DNA of 64,000 bases from the human T2T-CHM13v2.0 reference genome, Homo sapiens, in NCBI RefSeq assembly GCF_009914755.1, contig NC_060945.1. One strand, given 5' to 3'. Made by a program: the position numbers and the translations under genes. Below the pieces are notes generated by a model that saw only the letters and a program-made list of their open reading frames with translations, had not been told where the DNA came from and made no database searches. Positions 25,876 through 38,975 of this stretch are shown here, one piece after another; the first letter of the stretch is position 1; each line of letters begins with the position of its first letter.

Positions 25876-26699
25876 TGATGAGGACTGTTTTCATTTCAAA
25901 AACAACTATTCAATTCAACTTCTTCAATAAAAAGTGAATTTAGTAATGGAATGAGCTGGTAAAATGCTTAACAACTTTTTGCTAATAGTACAATAAAAAG
26001 AATTTTTAAATGAACTATTATTTGAGCCAGAATAGCCCAAATATCCCCTAAATGACCATAACTTTTCACTTTTTTATATTGATTTGTTATAGGACAGATC
26101 AGCACCTTATAAAATGCTGTCCCACAGAACGATGCTCCATGATTGTTAATAGTTATAAGAACAAAAGGGTGGGAAAGGGAACATTTAATGTATAAATGTT
26201 CATTAAGAAACTTCGAAACAATGTACAGGATGAATCTTTTCACTTTTTTTCCCTTTGTCCTACTAGTCAGCATTCTCTGGTATTCTAGAAATCACCAGAA
26301 AGACCAGCATGCAAACTTAATCATGAATAGCTATGAAACAATGATTCTCCTTTTTAAAATCCTTAGAATAATGCAACTTAGAATGAATTATCTTCAGCAT
26401 TATGAGGAACATTGTTTTTTAAACGTTATCAACCTTAATGGATGTAACAAGTAGAAATGTTTCTATACATATAAGTCTCTTGTTAAAATTCTCTTTTTAA
26501 AAAAATCACTGTGTGACCTAATTTTCAAAATATCTGCTTTCTGTCTACCTTTCCCAACCTACTATTTCCCATTCAGCAAAACCATAAATTTCCTTTTTGA
26601 GATTTAAGCAAGAGGTTAACTCTTTTGTTAAGCACTGAGCCCTCATGTGTCACCCATCCCCTCTTCTGTGTTCCCAGGCCCTCTAGAAACCTACCACTT

Positions 26700-26910
26700 A
26701 TTTTCTTTTATCACATAGTACTATAATTTGGCATGTATTTTTCTGCCGGTTTTACTAGGCCCAAAGAACCTAAGGATCAGAGACAAATTATTAGTATCAG
26801 TATTAGTGTTAGTGCTAGCATTAGTATCAGTATTTACAGGCATGGTACCTACACGGGAACCTGGAACTCTCCAAGCATTCAATAAATGTGTGTTAAATAA
26901 ATAAATGAGC
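26700..26910 (+). mobile_element. L2 3' end remnant containing a short (TTAGTA)-like hexamer array
   Basis: Ends cattcaataaatgtgtgttaaataaataaatga; hexamer array at about 26787-26835. Confidence 0.6.
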
Positions 26911-27492
26911 AAAAGTGTCTCCAGAGCCTCCATGTTATCAATGTTTTTGTCAATAATTTAAATCAGGAAGAGAATCAGGTCTGTAGAAAATGTTTAAATT
27001 GATTTTTGCCAGAGAAGTGTTTTAAGTTAAATTGTAATACCTTCAGTTGAAGCATGCATTCCTCTTTCTACAGTCCTGACATCACTCTATTTTCTTCTAT
27101 CTGGCAGTTTCAAACTCTACTCTTACCTAGACTCTCACAGCAACTGAGTTTTCTACTTCTGGTCTAGATATTACATGAGAAAAAATATCCATTACGTTTA
27201 CAGGTATAAAATGGGTTGTACATAGAGAAAAGATATATTTTAATAAAAATGAAAATAGATATGTACACTTAAGTGGGAAAAGAAGTGAGAAAAATAGATA
27301 AGAAATAATACAGTGTGATCAATTTGTAAAGTAAGTTCTATAACATGATAGTGACATGGTAGCCATTAGAGCATATACTCACTCCACATCTTTAATGAGC
27401 ATTTAGGCAACAAGCAGAGGCTGACATGGAAAATGGGGAAAGGGTTCCCAGGATGGCCACCAAGATGATTCAAGGTTAAAAAAGAAAACCTG

Positions 27493-27914
27493 GTCCAAAT
27501 AGGAAGAGAGGAAGTCAAATTGTCTCTGTTTGCAGGTGACATGATTGTATGTTTAGAAAACCCCATCATCCCAGCCTAAAATCTCCTTAAGCTGATAAGC
27601 AACTTCAGCAAAGTCTCAGGATACAAAATCAATGTCCAAAAATCACAAGCATTCCTATACACCAATAATAGACAAACAGAGAACCAAATCATGAGTGAAC
27701 TCCCATTCACAATTGCTACTAAGAGAATAAAATACCTAGGGATAAAATTTACAAGGGATGTGAAGGACCTCTTCAAGGAGAACTACAAACCACTGCTCAA
27801 GAAAATAAGAGAGGACACAAACAAATGGAAAAACATTCTATGCTCACAGATAGGAAGAAGCAATATCATGAAAATGGTCATACTGCCCAAAGTAATTTAT
27901 AGATCAATGCTATC

Positions 27915-27916
<2 letters not shown>
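27493..27916 (+). mobile_element. Internal L1PA7/8-like ORF2 (RT region) fragment with no 3' UTR
   Basis: gaggaagtcaaattgtctctgtttgcag...; [21 protein letters not shown]; ends caatgctatccc. Confidence 0.92.
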
Positions 27917-28203
<287 letters not shown>

Positions 28204-28324
28204 GATGTCAATGGAGGTAGGTCAGATACTCTAGCAAAAACATAAATAAATATAAGAGGCATAAAAGAATATAGTACGTTTAGGAAATGGTGATAAGTTT
28301 GAATCATTAAAGGAAAGTATGTTG

Positions 28325-28639
28325 GTCCAGGCTCTGTGGCTCATGCCTGTAATCCAAGCACTTTGGGAGGCTAAGGTGGGCAGATCACTTGAGGTCAGGA
28401 GTTCAAGATCAGCCTGGCAAACACGATGAAACCCTGTCTCTACTAAAAAAAAATAAAATTAGCCAAGCATGCTGGCGGTCACCTGTAATCCCAGCTACTC
28501 AGGAGTCTGAGGCAGGGAAAGTTGCTTGAACATGGGAGGCAGATGTTGCAATGAGCCAAGACCAGGCCACTGTACTCCAGCCTGGGCCACAGAGCAAGAT
28601 TGTGTCTCAAAAAATAAAAAAAAAAAAAGAAAGAAAAGA
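28325..28639 (+). mobile_element. AluS (Sz-like) with TSD, inside a probable antisense L2 remnant
   Basis: gatcacttgaggtcagg; TSD aaagtatgttg at 28314-28324 and 28640-28650. Confidence 0.93.
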
Positions 28640-29014
28640 AAAGTATGTTGGTGAGTATATCTGGAGAGATTTGTCAAAAACAATGGAACTAATAAAGTAC
28701 AAATGGAACCAATAAAATAAACTATTCCTAGACTGTGGTAAGTTTCACATGCTCTGAGAAGGCATATAGATATAGACTTTATATTATCATCAAAAGGTAA
28801 CTAACATGAGGAGTTAATCAAAGAGTAATATGGTTATGTTTTGCTTTTTTTCTTTCAGTAACATAACTTTAATAGCAGTAAGGAGTTATGGATTAGAGAC
28901 AGAAAAAGAGTAGATATGTGTATATCCATTAGGAAAACTTTGCTTAAGCCGAGAAGGGAATGAAGAGATGATAATAAAGTCAACATTTGAACTTAGCAAT
29001 TGGTTCTTTGCAAT

Positions 29015-29235
29015 ACACTGTGGAGATTAACAATTCAGGCTTTAAACTAGACTTCTAGGGTCTACAGCTACTTCTGCTATTATAAAACCACGAAGAAACT
29101 AACTCCTCTAAACTTCAGTTATGTGTCAGTTAAATAGTACTTCCTGGATAAGATTATGCTTGACATAATGCATGTAAAAGTACTCAGCGCCATTTGTGGT
29201 ACACAGTAAGAATTCACTGTTAAGTATCATTACTA
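29015..29235 (+). mobile_element. MIR SINE remnant
   Basis: caggctttaaactagac...ctctaaacttcagtt...ataatgcatgtaaaagtactcagc...ggtacacagtaag. Confidence 0.65.
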
Positions 29236-29439
29236 GCTATGGTGAGGAGATAAAAGTAGAGAAAGAGAAATCCAGAATGATTCTCCGATTTCCTGCTTGA
29301 ATAATGAAGTACTAGGTAATGTTGGAAGAAAAATAGGTTTTGCAAAAAGGTAGGTCTCTCTCTCTCTCTTTCTCTTTTAGAATTATTATCTGCCTCTTTT
29401 TTCAATCCTAGTATTCTCCTTAACCTAGACCAGGAAGCT

Positions 29440-29658
29440 GAACCTGCTGGATATCTTCCATTTTCCCTTCAGATCAATTTTCTGCATCTATGAAGTAAGA
29501 AACCCAGCTTCTGCCAAGAAATCCTGCTGCTTCTAGCCTGAGTCTTACACTGCCTGTGGCTTCTTAGTGCCTTAAAAAACAATCCCTCCATTAAACTCTA
29601 CTGAAATTGTCCAATTGGATTGTGCCATCTCTGGTTCTGCAAAGACCCTTACTGATAC
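29440..29658 (+). mobile_element. LTR33-like ERVL LTR remnant
   Basis: Ends attaaactc...aattggattgtgccatctctggttctgcaaagacccttactgataca. Confidence 0.6.
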
Positions 29659-30024
29659 ATGGAAACTGGCATATCCTGGAATCAAGTCTCCTGGAGGGAT
29701 TGGGAGTGACAAGTATATCTCAATACATCAGAACTGATTATTTCCTACTCTATGGTGACCTACTCTAAGGAGATTCGAGGCAATTTTAAAAATCCAATAA
29801 AAGGGGGGTTAGAATATCAATCATAGCATGGAGGTTATAAAGTAGCAATTACTGAGGAAGCTTACCAGACAGGAGGTCCTGAGGGCAGCCATGCGAGAGG
29901 AGTATAATTCTGCTGGGCAGGTGTAGGAAGGATGGACTGTAGAAAAGACCAGGAATTCTGCAGGTCCAGTCACATAATTAAAGGCACTGGTGGGGAAAGA
30001 AATCATCAAGAATACATGCAAAGT

Positions 30025-30310
30025 TTGTGAAGGAGTATAAAAACACAGTTAGATAAAAAGAATAGAGAAGTTCTAGTATTCATAAGTAGAATATAAAAAT
30101 TATAGTTAACAATGACTTATTGTAGATTTTAAAGTAGCTAGGAAAGAAAAATTGCAATGTTCCTAACACAAAGGAAAGATAAATGTCTAAGGTGGTGGAT
30201 ATCCCAATTACCCTGATTTGATCATTACACATTGTATACATGTATCAAAATACCATATGTACCCCAAAAATATGTCCAGCTATTATATATCAATAAAAGT
30301 AAACAAAATA
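30025..30310 (+). mobile_element. L1MA4/5-like 3' end
   Basis: ggatatcccaattaccctgatttgatcattacacattgtatacatgtatcaaaataccatatgtacccc plus tail. Confidence 0.85.
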
Positions 30311-30859
30311 AGAATTTTAACAAAGTCAATGCAGCACAACACAACAAAAATCTGGTGGGACAACTCACACCCCAGTGGAGATCAACTCAGGATACTGATA
30401 GACCATGTGGATTGAGCTACCCTGCAAAAGGCAGAGGCTAGTTCCAAAGACTAGCCGAGGTGTCTGGAGGTTAGTAACAGTGATGGAAAAAGAGCTCTGG
30501 CCCACATGCCCCTCCCCTAGTGTCATCAGGACAATTAAAGCTTCTTTTTGCACTCAAATACTGTATTAGAAGGAAGAGGAGAAAAGAACCTTTGAGAGTG
30601 GAAGGAAATTTTGGGAGACTGAGTAGTTACCAGAAAAAAAAAAAATAAGACTAATATGCAGAACAGACTGATACATGCTTAATTGGCAAGATCTCATGCT
30701 ATCTGCCCTCGATAAGACTGTGTGCCTGAGAACAAAATGAGATGTTATAGAACACAAACATCTCGTTTATAATTTACCTTACATTTCTGTTTCTCAATTA
30801 ATGATGATTCAAACTGAACTTCACTGTATATATATAGTCATGCAATTTGGGCTAAAATG

Positions 30860-31215
30860 TGAGAAGCCAATAGGACATCCATGGAAAGATGGCCCAGTAT
30901 GTCTAAAGACATAGATTTGGAAGTTATTGGCATATAGGTCATGTTGGAGTCATGTAAGTGAATGAATTATCAAGGGCAGAAAGAAGAGAGAGGAAAAAAG
31001 GTAGAACTCCTGAGTAACACCAATAGTTATGGGATGTAGACAGAGAAATTACTAGAAGGAATAAACAGAGAGGTTGGAAGGTAATCTAGACACCGTGGTG
31101 CATGCAGAAAACCTAAGAGGAGAGAAAATAATTCTAAAGCGGGAATAATCAATACTGCCAAATTCTGCAGAAGGGGAAAAATAAGGATAAGGACAGAAAA
31201 GTGGCCAATAGAGTC
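30860..31215 (-). mobile_element. L2 remnant
   Basis: agatttggaagttattggcatatagg...ccaaattctgcagaagggg...ataaggacagaaaagtggcca. Confidence 0.65.
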
Positions 31216-32329
31216 TGTATCATAAATCCAGAGAGAGAAGAGAAAAAAAACTAAGACTACAGGTCTATTGTGCCATCAATGACTTGAGATATTGCCTTAA
31301 TACTGGCTAACAGAGATATTGTGTCTAACTGAACATCCTAGGAAGTTAATACAGAGGTTACTTCTTCTTATGCATATTTGAATAATATTAAATATATTCA
31401 TATAGCTATTAAAAAGTATAAGACAGCTATATAGTAAATTTACACTAGTATTTTATGAGCAGGAGGATATCCAACTGGGTTTCATTTATTCACTTTCATC
31501 AAAAAGCTACAAATAAGACACTGTCCATTTGTGTTACAATTCTTTGTATGCCTGTTGGTCCATTCTCTGTACTAGTTATTTGCAATTAAATGAGTCAAGA
31601 AGAGAGAATGGAAGAAACTGATGAGAAAAAGTACACTTTGGTACCAAAGTGTACCAAATATTTATATTAAATAATTTTCTGTTGGTAACATTCAAATTTC
31701 TCACTGTCAGCAAAACTTCAGCAGAAATTTCAGATCATGATGGTTGATGTGACTTGGTGCCCAAAAGTAACTGTGCTTAAGTTACATAAATAACTAAAGC
31801 CTGTCACAGATGTTTTTATCTACTAGCCCATGATCTATTTTATCTTTGAACTTAAGGAGTCCAAAAAGATTTGTCCAGAGACATGTTGTGTTTATAGGTG
31901 CAGTCTAGTGGGCATGCTGAGTATCTATTTTTCTAAACACACTATGTTGCATCCTGATTAAGTCATTTATATGCAAATGTTACACTGAATGAGATACCTG
32001 GTTTTTAAGGCTTCTCCATTGTGCATAACGCCTCCATCATAAACGTTGCTCACATGTTTAGATATTTATTCCTCACTGAGATATTTTTATCATCGATTGA
32101 CAGAAATATACCAGTGATTGCTCAGTACTATATACTATGCCAATTTTCAAATAGTCTAATGGGATAGAGCCTTCATGTCATTAAAGCACAAGTTTACAGA
32201 AACATAACTGCCCCGGGATTAGAAGATAATTTTAGTAGTCTTTGGGAATTTCATCCTTAACATTTAGGTTGGGGAAAGGGATTCCAGACACAAAGTCTGT
32301 CCCCTACCTTGAGAACAAAGCCTGAGAGT

Positions 32330-32823
32330 GTTATCCTGTGCACTCTAACGTTTTGCACAAAAATGTGTTACATTGAAGCAGATCACTCCAAGCCTGGGAT
32401 CTAATGGAGTGGGTCTGAGGTATGCCACCCACAAGTACCTTTCTTGACCAATGCATCAGCTTTTGGGAGTATTGGCTGCTAATAGCTCACAGCTAAGTGT
32501 TTCTCCTGGCATGTGGAAACCATCTAACCCAAAGTTATGCTCCGCCCTAGGGGCAGTTTACATCCAGTGGCTGGTTAACTGGCAAGGTGGAAAGATGAGA
32601 GTAAGAAAACCAATCCTTTATGTTTTAATTTGGGACAAATCTGAAGATCCATAAACTCCAGAGCTTCTTTGTTGCAATCACAAGGCATTTTCAACCTCTC
32701 CCTCTGCCTCATCCTGCTTCTTTCAATCCTTTCTAATCTAATTTCTGAGAGCATTCACCCATAAAATTTCTGCAAGCAAATCTCCACCTCAAATTCTGTT
32801 TCCAGGAATGGTGACCTAAAGCA
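32330..32823 (+). mobile_element. LTR16 (LTR16C-like) 5' LTR of an old ERVL provirus
   Basis: ggctgctaatagctcacagct...cctctgcctcatcctgcttc...ttctgcaagcaaatctccacctcaaattctgtttccagg...acctaaagca. Confidence 0.75.
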
Positions 32824-33056
32824 GTTGAAGCCAGGAGTGGTCCTAAGAAGCAGTATATAAAATGGTATTTTAGAGCTGAGTCATCTGCTGATGGCTAGCA
32901 GTGAGGACCCCATCACTGGTGATAGGTAGAGCATTATTAGCTCCAGGCATATTAGAACAATGAAATTGTTAAGACTTTCACCTGAGATGAATGGGATCGG
33001 AAAAGAAAGCATTGTCTGGGGACAGAATCTCAAGCATTTGAGAAATTTGGGGAAAA

Positions 33057-36000
33057 TACCCAGGCAAACAGCGTCTGGAGTGGACCTCCAGGAAACAGGG
33101 TCTGGAGTGGACCTCCAGCAGACCTGCAGCAGAGGCACCTGTTAGAAGGAAAACTAATAAACATCAATATCAACAAAAAGGATGTCCAAACATAAATCCC
33201 ATCCGAAGGTCACCAACATCAAAGACCAAAGGTAGATAAATCCACGAAGATGAGGAAAAACCAGTGAAAAAGGCTGAAAATTCCAAAAACCAGGCCTCTT
33301 TTCCTCCAAAGCATCACAACTCCTCACCAGCAAGGGAACAAAACTGGACAAAGAATAAGTTTGATGAATTGACAGAAGTAGCCTTCAGAAGGTAGGTAAT
33401 AACAAACACCTCCAAGCTAAAAAAAAAAAAAAAAAAAAAAAACATGCTCTAACCCAATGCAAGGAAGCTAAGAACCTTAAAAAAAGAGGTTAGAGAAATA
33501 ACTAACTAGAATAACAAGTTTAGAAAAGAACATAAATGACCTGATGGAGCAGAAAAACACAGCACAAGAACTTCATGAATCATACACAACTATCAATAGC
33601 TGAATCAATCAAGTGGAAGAAAGGATATCAGAGAAATTAAAGATCATATATAAAGTGTGAAGACAAAATTAGAGAAAAAAGAATTAAAAGGAACAAATAA
33701 AGCCTCCAAGAAATATGGGACTATGTGAAGAGACCAAACCTGCATTTGATTGGTGTACCTGAAAGCGATAGGGAGAATGGAACCAAGTTGGAAAACACTC
33801 TTCAGGATATTATCCAGGAGAACTTCCCCAGACTAGCAAGACAGGCCAACATTCAAATTCAGGAAATACAGAGAACACCACAAAGATACTCCTTGAGAAA
33901 AGCAACCCAAGACACAAAATTGTCAGATTCACCAAGATTGAAATGAAGGAAAAAATATTAAGGGCAGCCAGAGAGAAAGGTCAGGTTACCCACAAAGTGA
34001 AGCCCATCAGACTAACAGCAGATCTCTCTGCAGAAACCTTACAAGCCAGAAGAGAGTGAGGGCCAATATTCAACATTCTTTAAGAAAAGATTTTTCAACC
34101 CAGAATTTCATATGCAGCCAAACTAAGCTTCATAGGCGAAGAAGAAATAAAATCCTTTACAGACAAGCAAATGCTGAATGATTTTGTCACCACCAGGTCT
34201 GCCTTACAGGAGCTCCTGAAGGAAGCACTAAATATGGAAAGGAAAAGCCAGTACCTGCCCCTGCAAAAACATACCAAATTGTAAAGACCATTGACACTAT
34301 GAAAAAAACTGCATCAAACAACAGGCAAAATAGCCAGCTAACATAATGACAGGATCAAATTCACACATAACAATATTAACCTTAAATGTAAATGGGCTAA
34401 ATGCCACAGTTAAAAGACACAGACTGGCAAATTGGATAAAGAGTCAAGACCCATTGGTGTGCTGTATTTAGGAGACTCATCTCATGTGCAAAGACACACA
34501 TAGGTTCAATATAAGAGATAAAGGAAGATTTACCAAGCAAATGGAAAGCGAAAAAAGCACGGGTTGCAATCCTAGTCTCTTATAAAAGACTTTAAACCAA
34601 CAAAGATCAAAAAAGATAAAAGGAATCAATGCAACAAGAAGAGCTAACTATCCTAAATATATACGCACCCAATACAGGAGCACCCAGATTCATAAAGCAA
34701 GTTCTTAGAGACCTACAAAGAGACTTAGACTGCCACACAATAATAGTTGGAGACTTCAACACCCCACTGTCAGTATTAGACAGATCAATGAGATAGAGAA
34801 TTAACAAGGATATTCAAGACTTGAACTCAGCTCTGGACCAAGTGGGCCCGATAGACATCTACAGAACTCTCCACCCGAAATCAACAGAATATACAATCCT
34901 CTCAGCATCACATCACACTTATTCTAAAATTGACCACATAAATGGAAGTAAAACATTCCTCAGCCAATGCAAAATAATGGAAAACATAACAGTCTCTCAG
35001 ACCACAGTTCAATCAAATTAGAACTCAGGATTAAGAAACTCACTCAAAACCTCAAAACAACATGGAAACTGAGCAACCTGCCCCTGAATGACTACTGGGT
35101 TAATAACAAAATTAAGGCAGAAATAAATAAGTACTTTGAAACCAATGAGAACATAGGCAAAACATACCAGAATCTCTGGGACACAGCTAAAGGAGTGTTT
35201 AGAGGGAAATTCATAACACTAGATACCCACAGGAGAAAGTGGGAAAGATCTAAAATCAACACCCTAACATCACAATTAAAAGAACTAGTGAAGCAAGAGA
35301 AAACAAATTCAAACCTAGCAGAAGACAAGAAATAACTAAGATCAGAGCAGAACTGAAGGAGATAGAGACATGAAAAACACTTCAAAAAATCAATGAATCC
35401 AGGAGCTGATTTTTTGAAAAGATTAACAAAATAGATATACTGTTAGCCAGACTAACAAAGAAGAAAAGAGAGAAAGAATCAAATAGATGCAATAAAAAAT
35501 GATAAAGGGATTATTGCCACTGATCCCACAGAAATACAAACTACCATCAGAGAATACTATAAACACCTGTACACTTTATTTGTATAGAAGAAATTGATAA
35601 ATTCCTGGACATATACACCCTCCCTAGACTAAACCAAGAAGAAGTCAAATCCCTGAATAGACCAATAACAAGTTCTGAGATTGAGGCAGTAATTAATAGC
35701 CTACCAACCAAAAAAAAAAGCCCGGGACCAGATGAATTCACAGCCAGATTCCACGAGAGGTACAAAGAGGAGCTGGTACCATTCCTTCTGAAACTATTCC
35801 AAACCAAAGAAAAAGGATTCCTCTTTAACTCTTTTTACGAGGCCAGGATCATCCTGATATCGAAACCTGCCATAGACACACCAAAAAAAGGAAGTTTCAG
35901 GCCAATATCCCTGATGAACATCAATGCAAATATCCTCAATAAAATACTGACAAACCGAATCCAGCAGCACGTCAAAAAGTTTATCCACCACGATCAAGTC

Positions 36001-38370
36001 AGCTCCATCCCTGAGATGCAAGGCTGGTCCACCATACACAAATCAATAAACATAATCCATCATATAAACAGAACCAATAATGAAAACCACATGATTATCT
36101 CAACAGATGCAGAAAAGGCCTTCAACAAAATTCAACACCCCTTCAAGCTAAAAACTCTCAATAAACTAGGTATCAATGGAATGTATCTCAAAATAATAAG
36201 AGCTATTTATGACAAACCCACAGCCAATAACATACTAAATGGGCAAAATTTGGAAGCATTCCCTTTCAAAACCAGCACAAGGCAAGTATGCCCTCTCTCA
36301 CCATTCCTACTCAACATAGTATTGGAAGTGCTGGCCAGGGCAATCAAGGAAGAGAAAGAAATAAAGCTTATTCAATTAGGAAAAGAGGAAGTCAAATTGT
36401 CTCTGTTTGCAGATGACATGATCGTATATTTAGAAAACCCCATCGTCTCAGCCCAAAATCTCCTTAAGCTGATAAGCAACTTCAGCAAAGTCTCAGGATA
36501 CAAAATCAATGTCCAAAAATCACAAGCATCCCTATACACCAATAGTAGAAAAACAGAGAGCCAAATCATGAGTGAATTCCCACTCACAATTGCTGCTAAG
36601 AGAATAAAATACCTAAGAATACAACTTACAAGGGATGTGAAGTATCTGTTCAAGGAGAACTGCAAACCTCTACTCAAGGAAATAAGAGAGGACACAAACA
36701 AATGAAAAAATATTTTATACTCATGGATAGGAAGACTTAATATCTTGAAAATGGCTGTACTGCCCAAAACAATTTATAGATTCAATACTGTCCCCATCAA
36801 GCTACCACTGACTTTCTTTACAGAATTAGAAAAAAACTACTTTAAATTTCATATAGAACCAAAAAAGAGCCTGTATAGCCAAGACAATCCTAAGCAAAAG
36901 AAAACAAAGGTGGAGCCATCATGGTACCTGACTTCAAACTATACTACAAGGCTACAGTAACCAAAACAGCATGGTACTGTTACCAAAACAGATATATAGA
37001 CTGATGGAACAGAACAGAGCCCTCAGGAATAATGCCACACATCTACAACCATCAGATCTTTGATAACCCTGACAAAAATAAGCAATGGGGAAAGGATCCC
37101 CTATTTAATAAATGGCATTGGGAAAACTGGCTAGCCATATACAGGAAACTGAAACTGGACCTCTTCCTTACACCTTATACAAAAATTAACTCAAGTTGGA
37201 TTAAAGACTTAAATGTAAGACCAAAAACCATAAAAACTCTAGAAGAAAACCTAGGCAATGCCATTCAGGACATAGGCATGGGCAAAACTTCATGACTAAA
37301 ACACCAAAAACAATAGCAACAAAAGCCAAAATTGACAAATGGGATCTAATTAAACTAAACAGCTTCTACACAGCAAAAGAAACTATCATCAGAGTGAACA
37401 GACAACCTACAGAATAGAAGAAAATGTTTGCAATCTATCCATCTGACAAAGGGTTAATATCCAGAATTTACAAGGAGCTTAAACAAATTTACAAGAAAAA
37501 AACAACCCCCTCAAAAAGTGAGTGAAAGATATGAACAAACACTTCTCAAAAGAAGACATTTATGTGACCAACAAACATATTTAAAAAAAGCTTATCATCA
37601 CTGGTCATTAGAGAAATGCAAATCAAAACCACAATGAGATACCATCTCACACCAGTTAGAATGGCGATCATTAAAAAGTCAGGAAACAACAGATGCTGGA
37701 GAGGATGTGGAGAAATAGGAATGCTTTTACACTGTTTTCCCACCACTGTTGGTGGGAGTGTAAATTAGTTCAACCATTGTGCAATACAGTGTGGCGATTC
37801 CTCAAGGATCTAGAACCAGAAATACCATCTGACCCAGCAATCCCATTACTGGGTATATACCCAAAAGATTATAAATCATTCTACCATAAAGACACATGCA
37901 CACACATGTTTACTGCAGCACTGTTCACAATAGCAAATATTTGGAACCAACACAAATGCCCATCAATGATAGACTGGATAAAGGAAATGTGGCACATATA
38001 AACTATGGAATACTATGCAGCCATAAAACCAGGATGAGTTCATGTCCTTTGCAGGGACATGGATGAAGCTTGATACCATCATTCTCAGCAAACTAACACA
38101 GGAACAGAAAACCAAACACCACATGTTCTCACTCATAAGTGGGAGCTGAACAATGAGAACACATGGACACAGGGAGGGGAACATCACACACCGGGGCCTG
38201 TCAGGGGTTGGGGCGCTAGGGGACGGATAGCACTAGGAGAAATACCTAACATAGATTATGGCTTGATGGGTGGAGCAAACCACCATGGCACATGTATACC
38301 TGTGTAACAAACTTGCACATTCCGCACAGGTACCTCAGAATTTAAAGTATAATAATTAAAAAAAAAAAAA
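33057..38370 (+). mobile_element. L1PA7-like LINE-1 truncated within the 5' UTR; ORF1 and ORF2 disrupted
   Basis: End of 5' UTR; ORF1 pieces (KRPNLHLIGVPESDRENGTKLENTLQDIIQENFP); 263-aa RT fragment at 35914-36705 with [10 protein letters not shown]; 3' UTR ggagaaatacctaac...gcaaaccaccatggcac; poly-A. Confidence 0.96.
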
Positions 38371-38569
38371 CAGAATTTCTGCAATACTATAGGTGAAGAA
38401 AAAAAAAAATAAAACTGACAATCTTTCCAGGAACTGAATTATAAAGTCAGCAGAATTTCAGAGAAAGTAAAATTTTAAAATAGTCAAGTCTGCAATGCCT
38501 AGACCAAAACTTTGATTAGTACACATGAAATTAAAATATCCAGGTGTATGACTCAAAAATCTTAAATAT

Positions 38570-38887
38570 GGCTGGGTTAGTGGCTCATACCTGTAATCCT
38601 AGCACTTCAGGAGGCCAATGTGGGATGATTACTTGAGGCCAGGAGTTCGAGACCACCCTGAGCAACATAGGGAGACCTTGTCTCTACAAAAAAAAAAAGA
38701 AGAGAGAGAGAGAGAGAAATAGCAGGGTCAACATGGTGCACACCTGTAGTCCTAACTACTCAAAAGACAGAGTAAGAATCATTTGAGCTCAGGAGGTGAA
38801 GGTTGCAGTGAACTATAATTTCAACACCGCACTTTAGCCTGGGTGACAGAGAGAGATTCTGTCTCAAGAAAAATAAATAAATACAAT
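38570..38887 (+). mobile_element. AluJ (Jr/Jo-like) with an (AG)n linker and TSD
   Basis: TSD aaaatcttaaata (38556-38568) / aaaatcttgaata (38888-38900). Confidence 0.92.
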
Positions 38888-38975
38888 AAAATCTTGAATA
38901 CCTGGATTCTCTTAAACCTTCTGGGTCCACCAGAAAGGATCCGTTTTTCCTTGTAAAAAATGAACACTGCTCCCT

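Noticed and set aside
35914-36705. 263-aa reverse-transcriptase ORF as a functional gene or novel retroelement system
   Set aside because: It is a fragment of L1PA7 ORF2 bounded by stops and frameshifts
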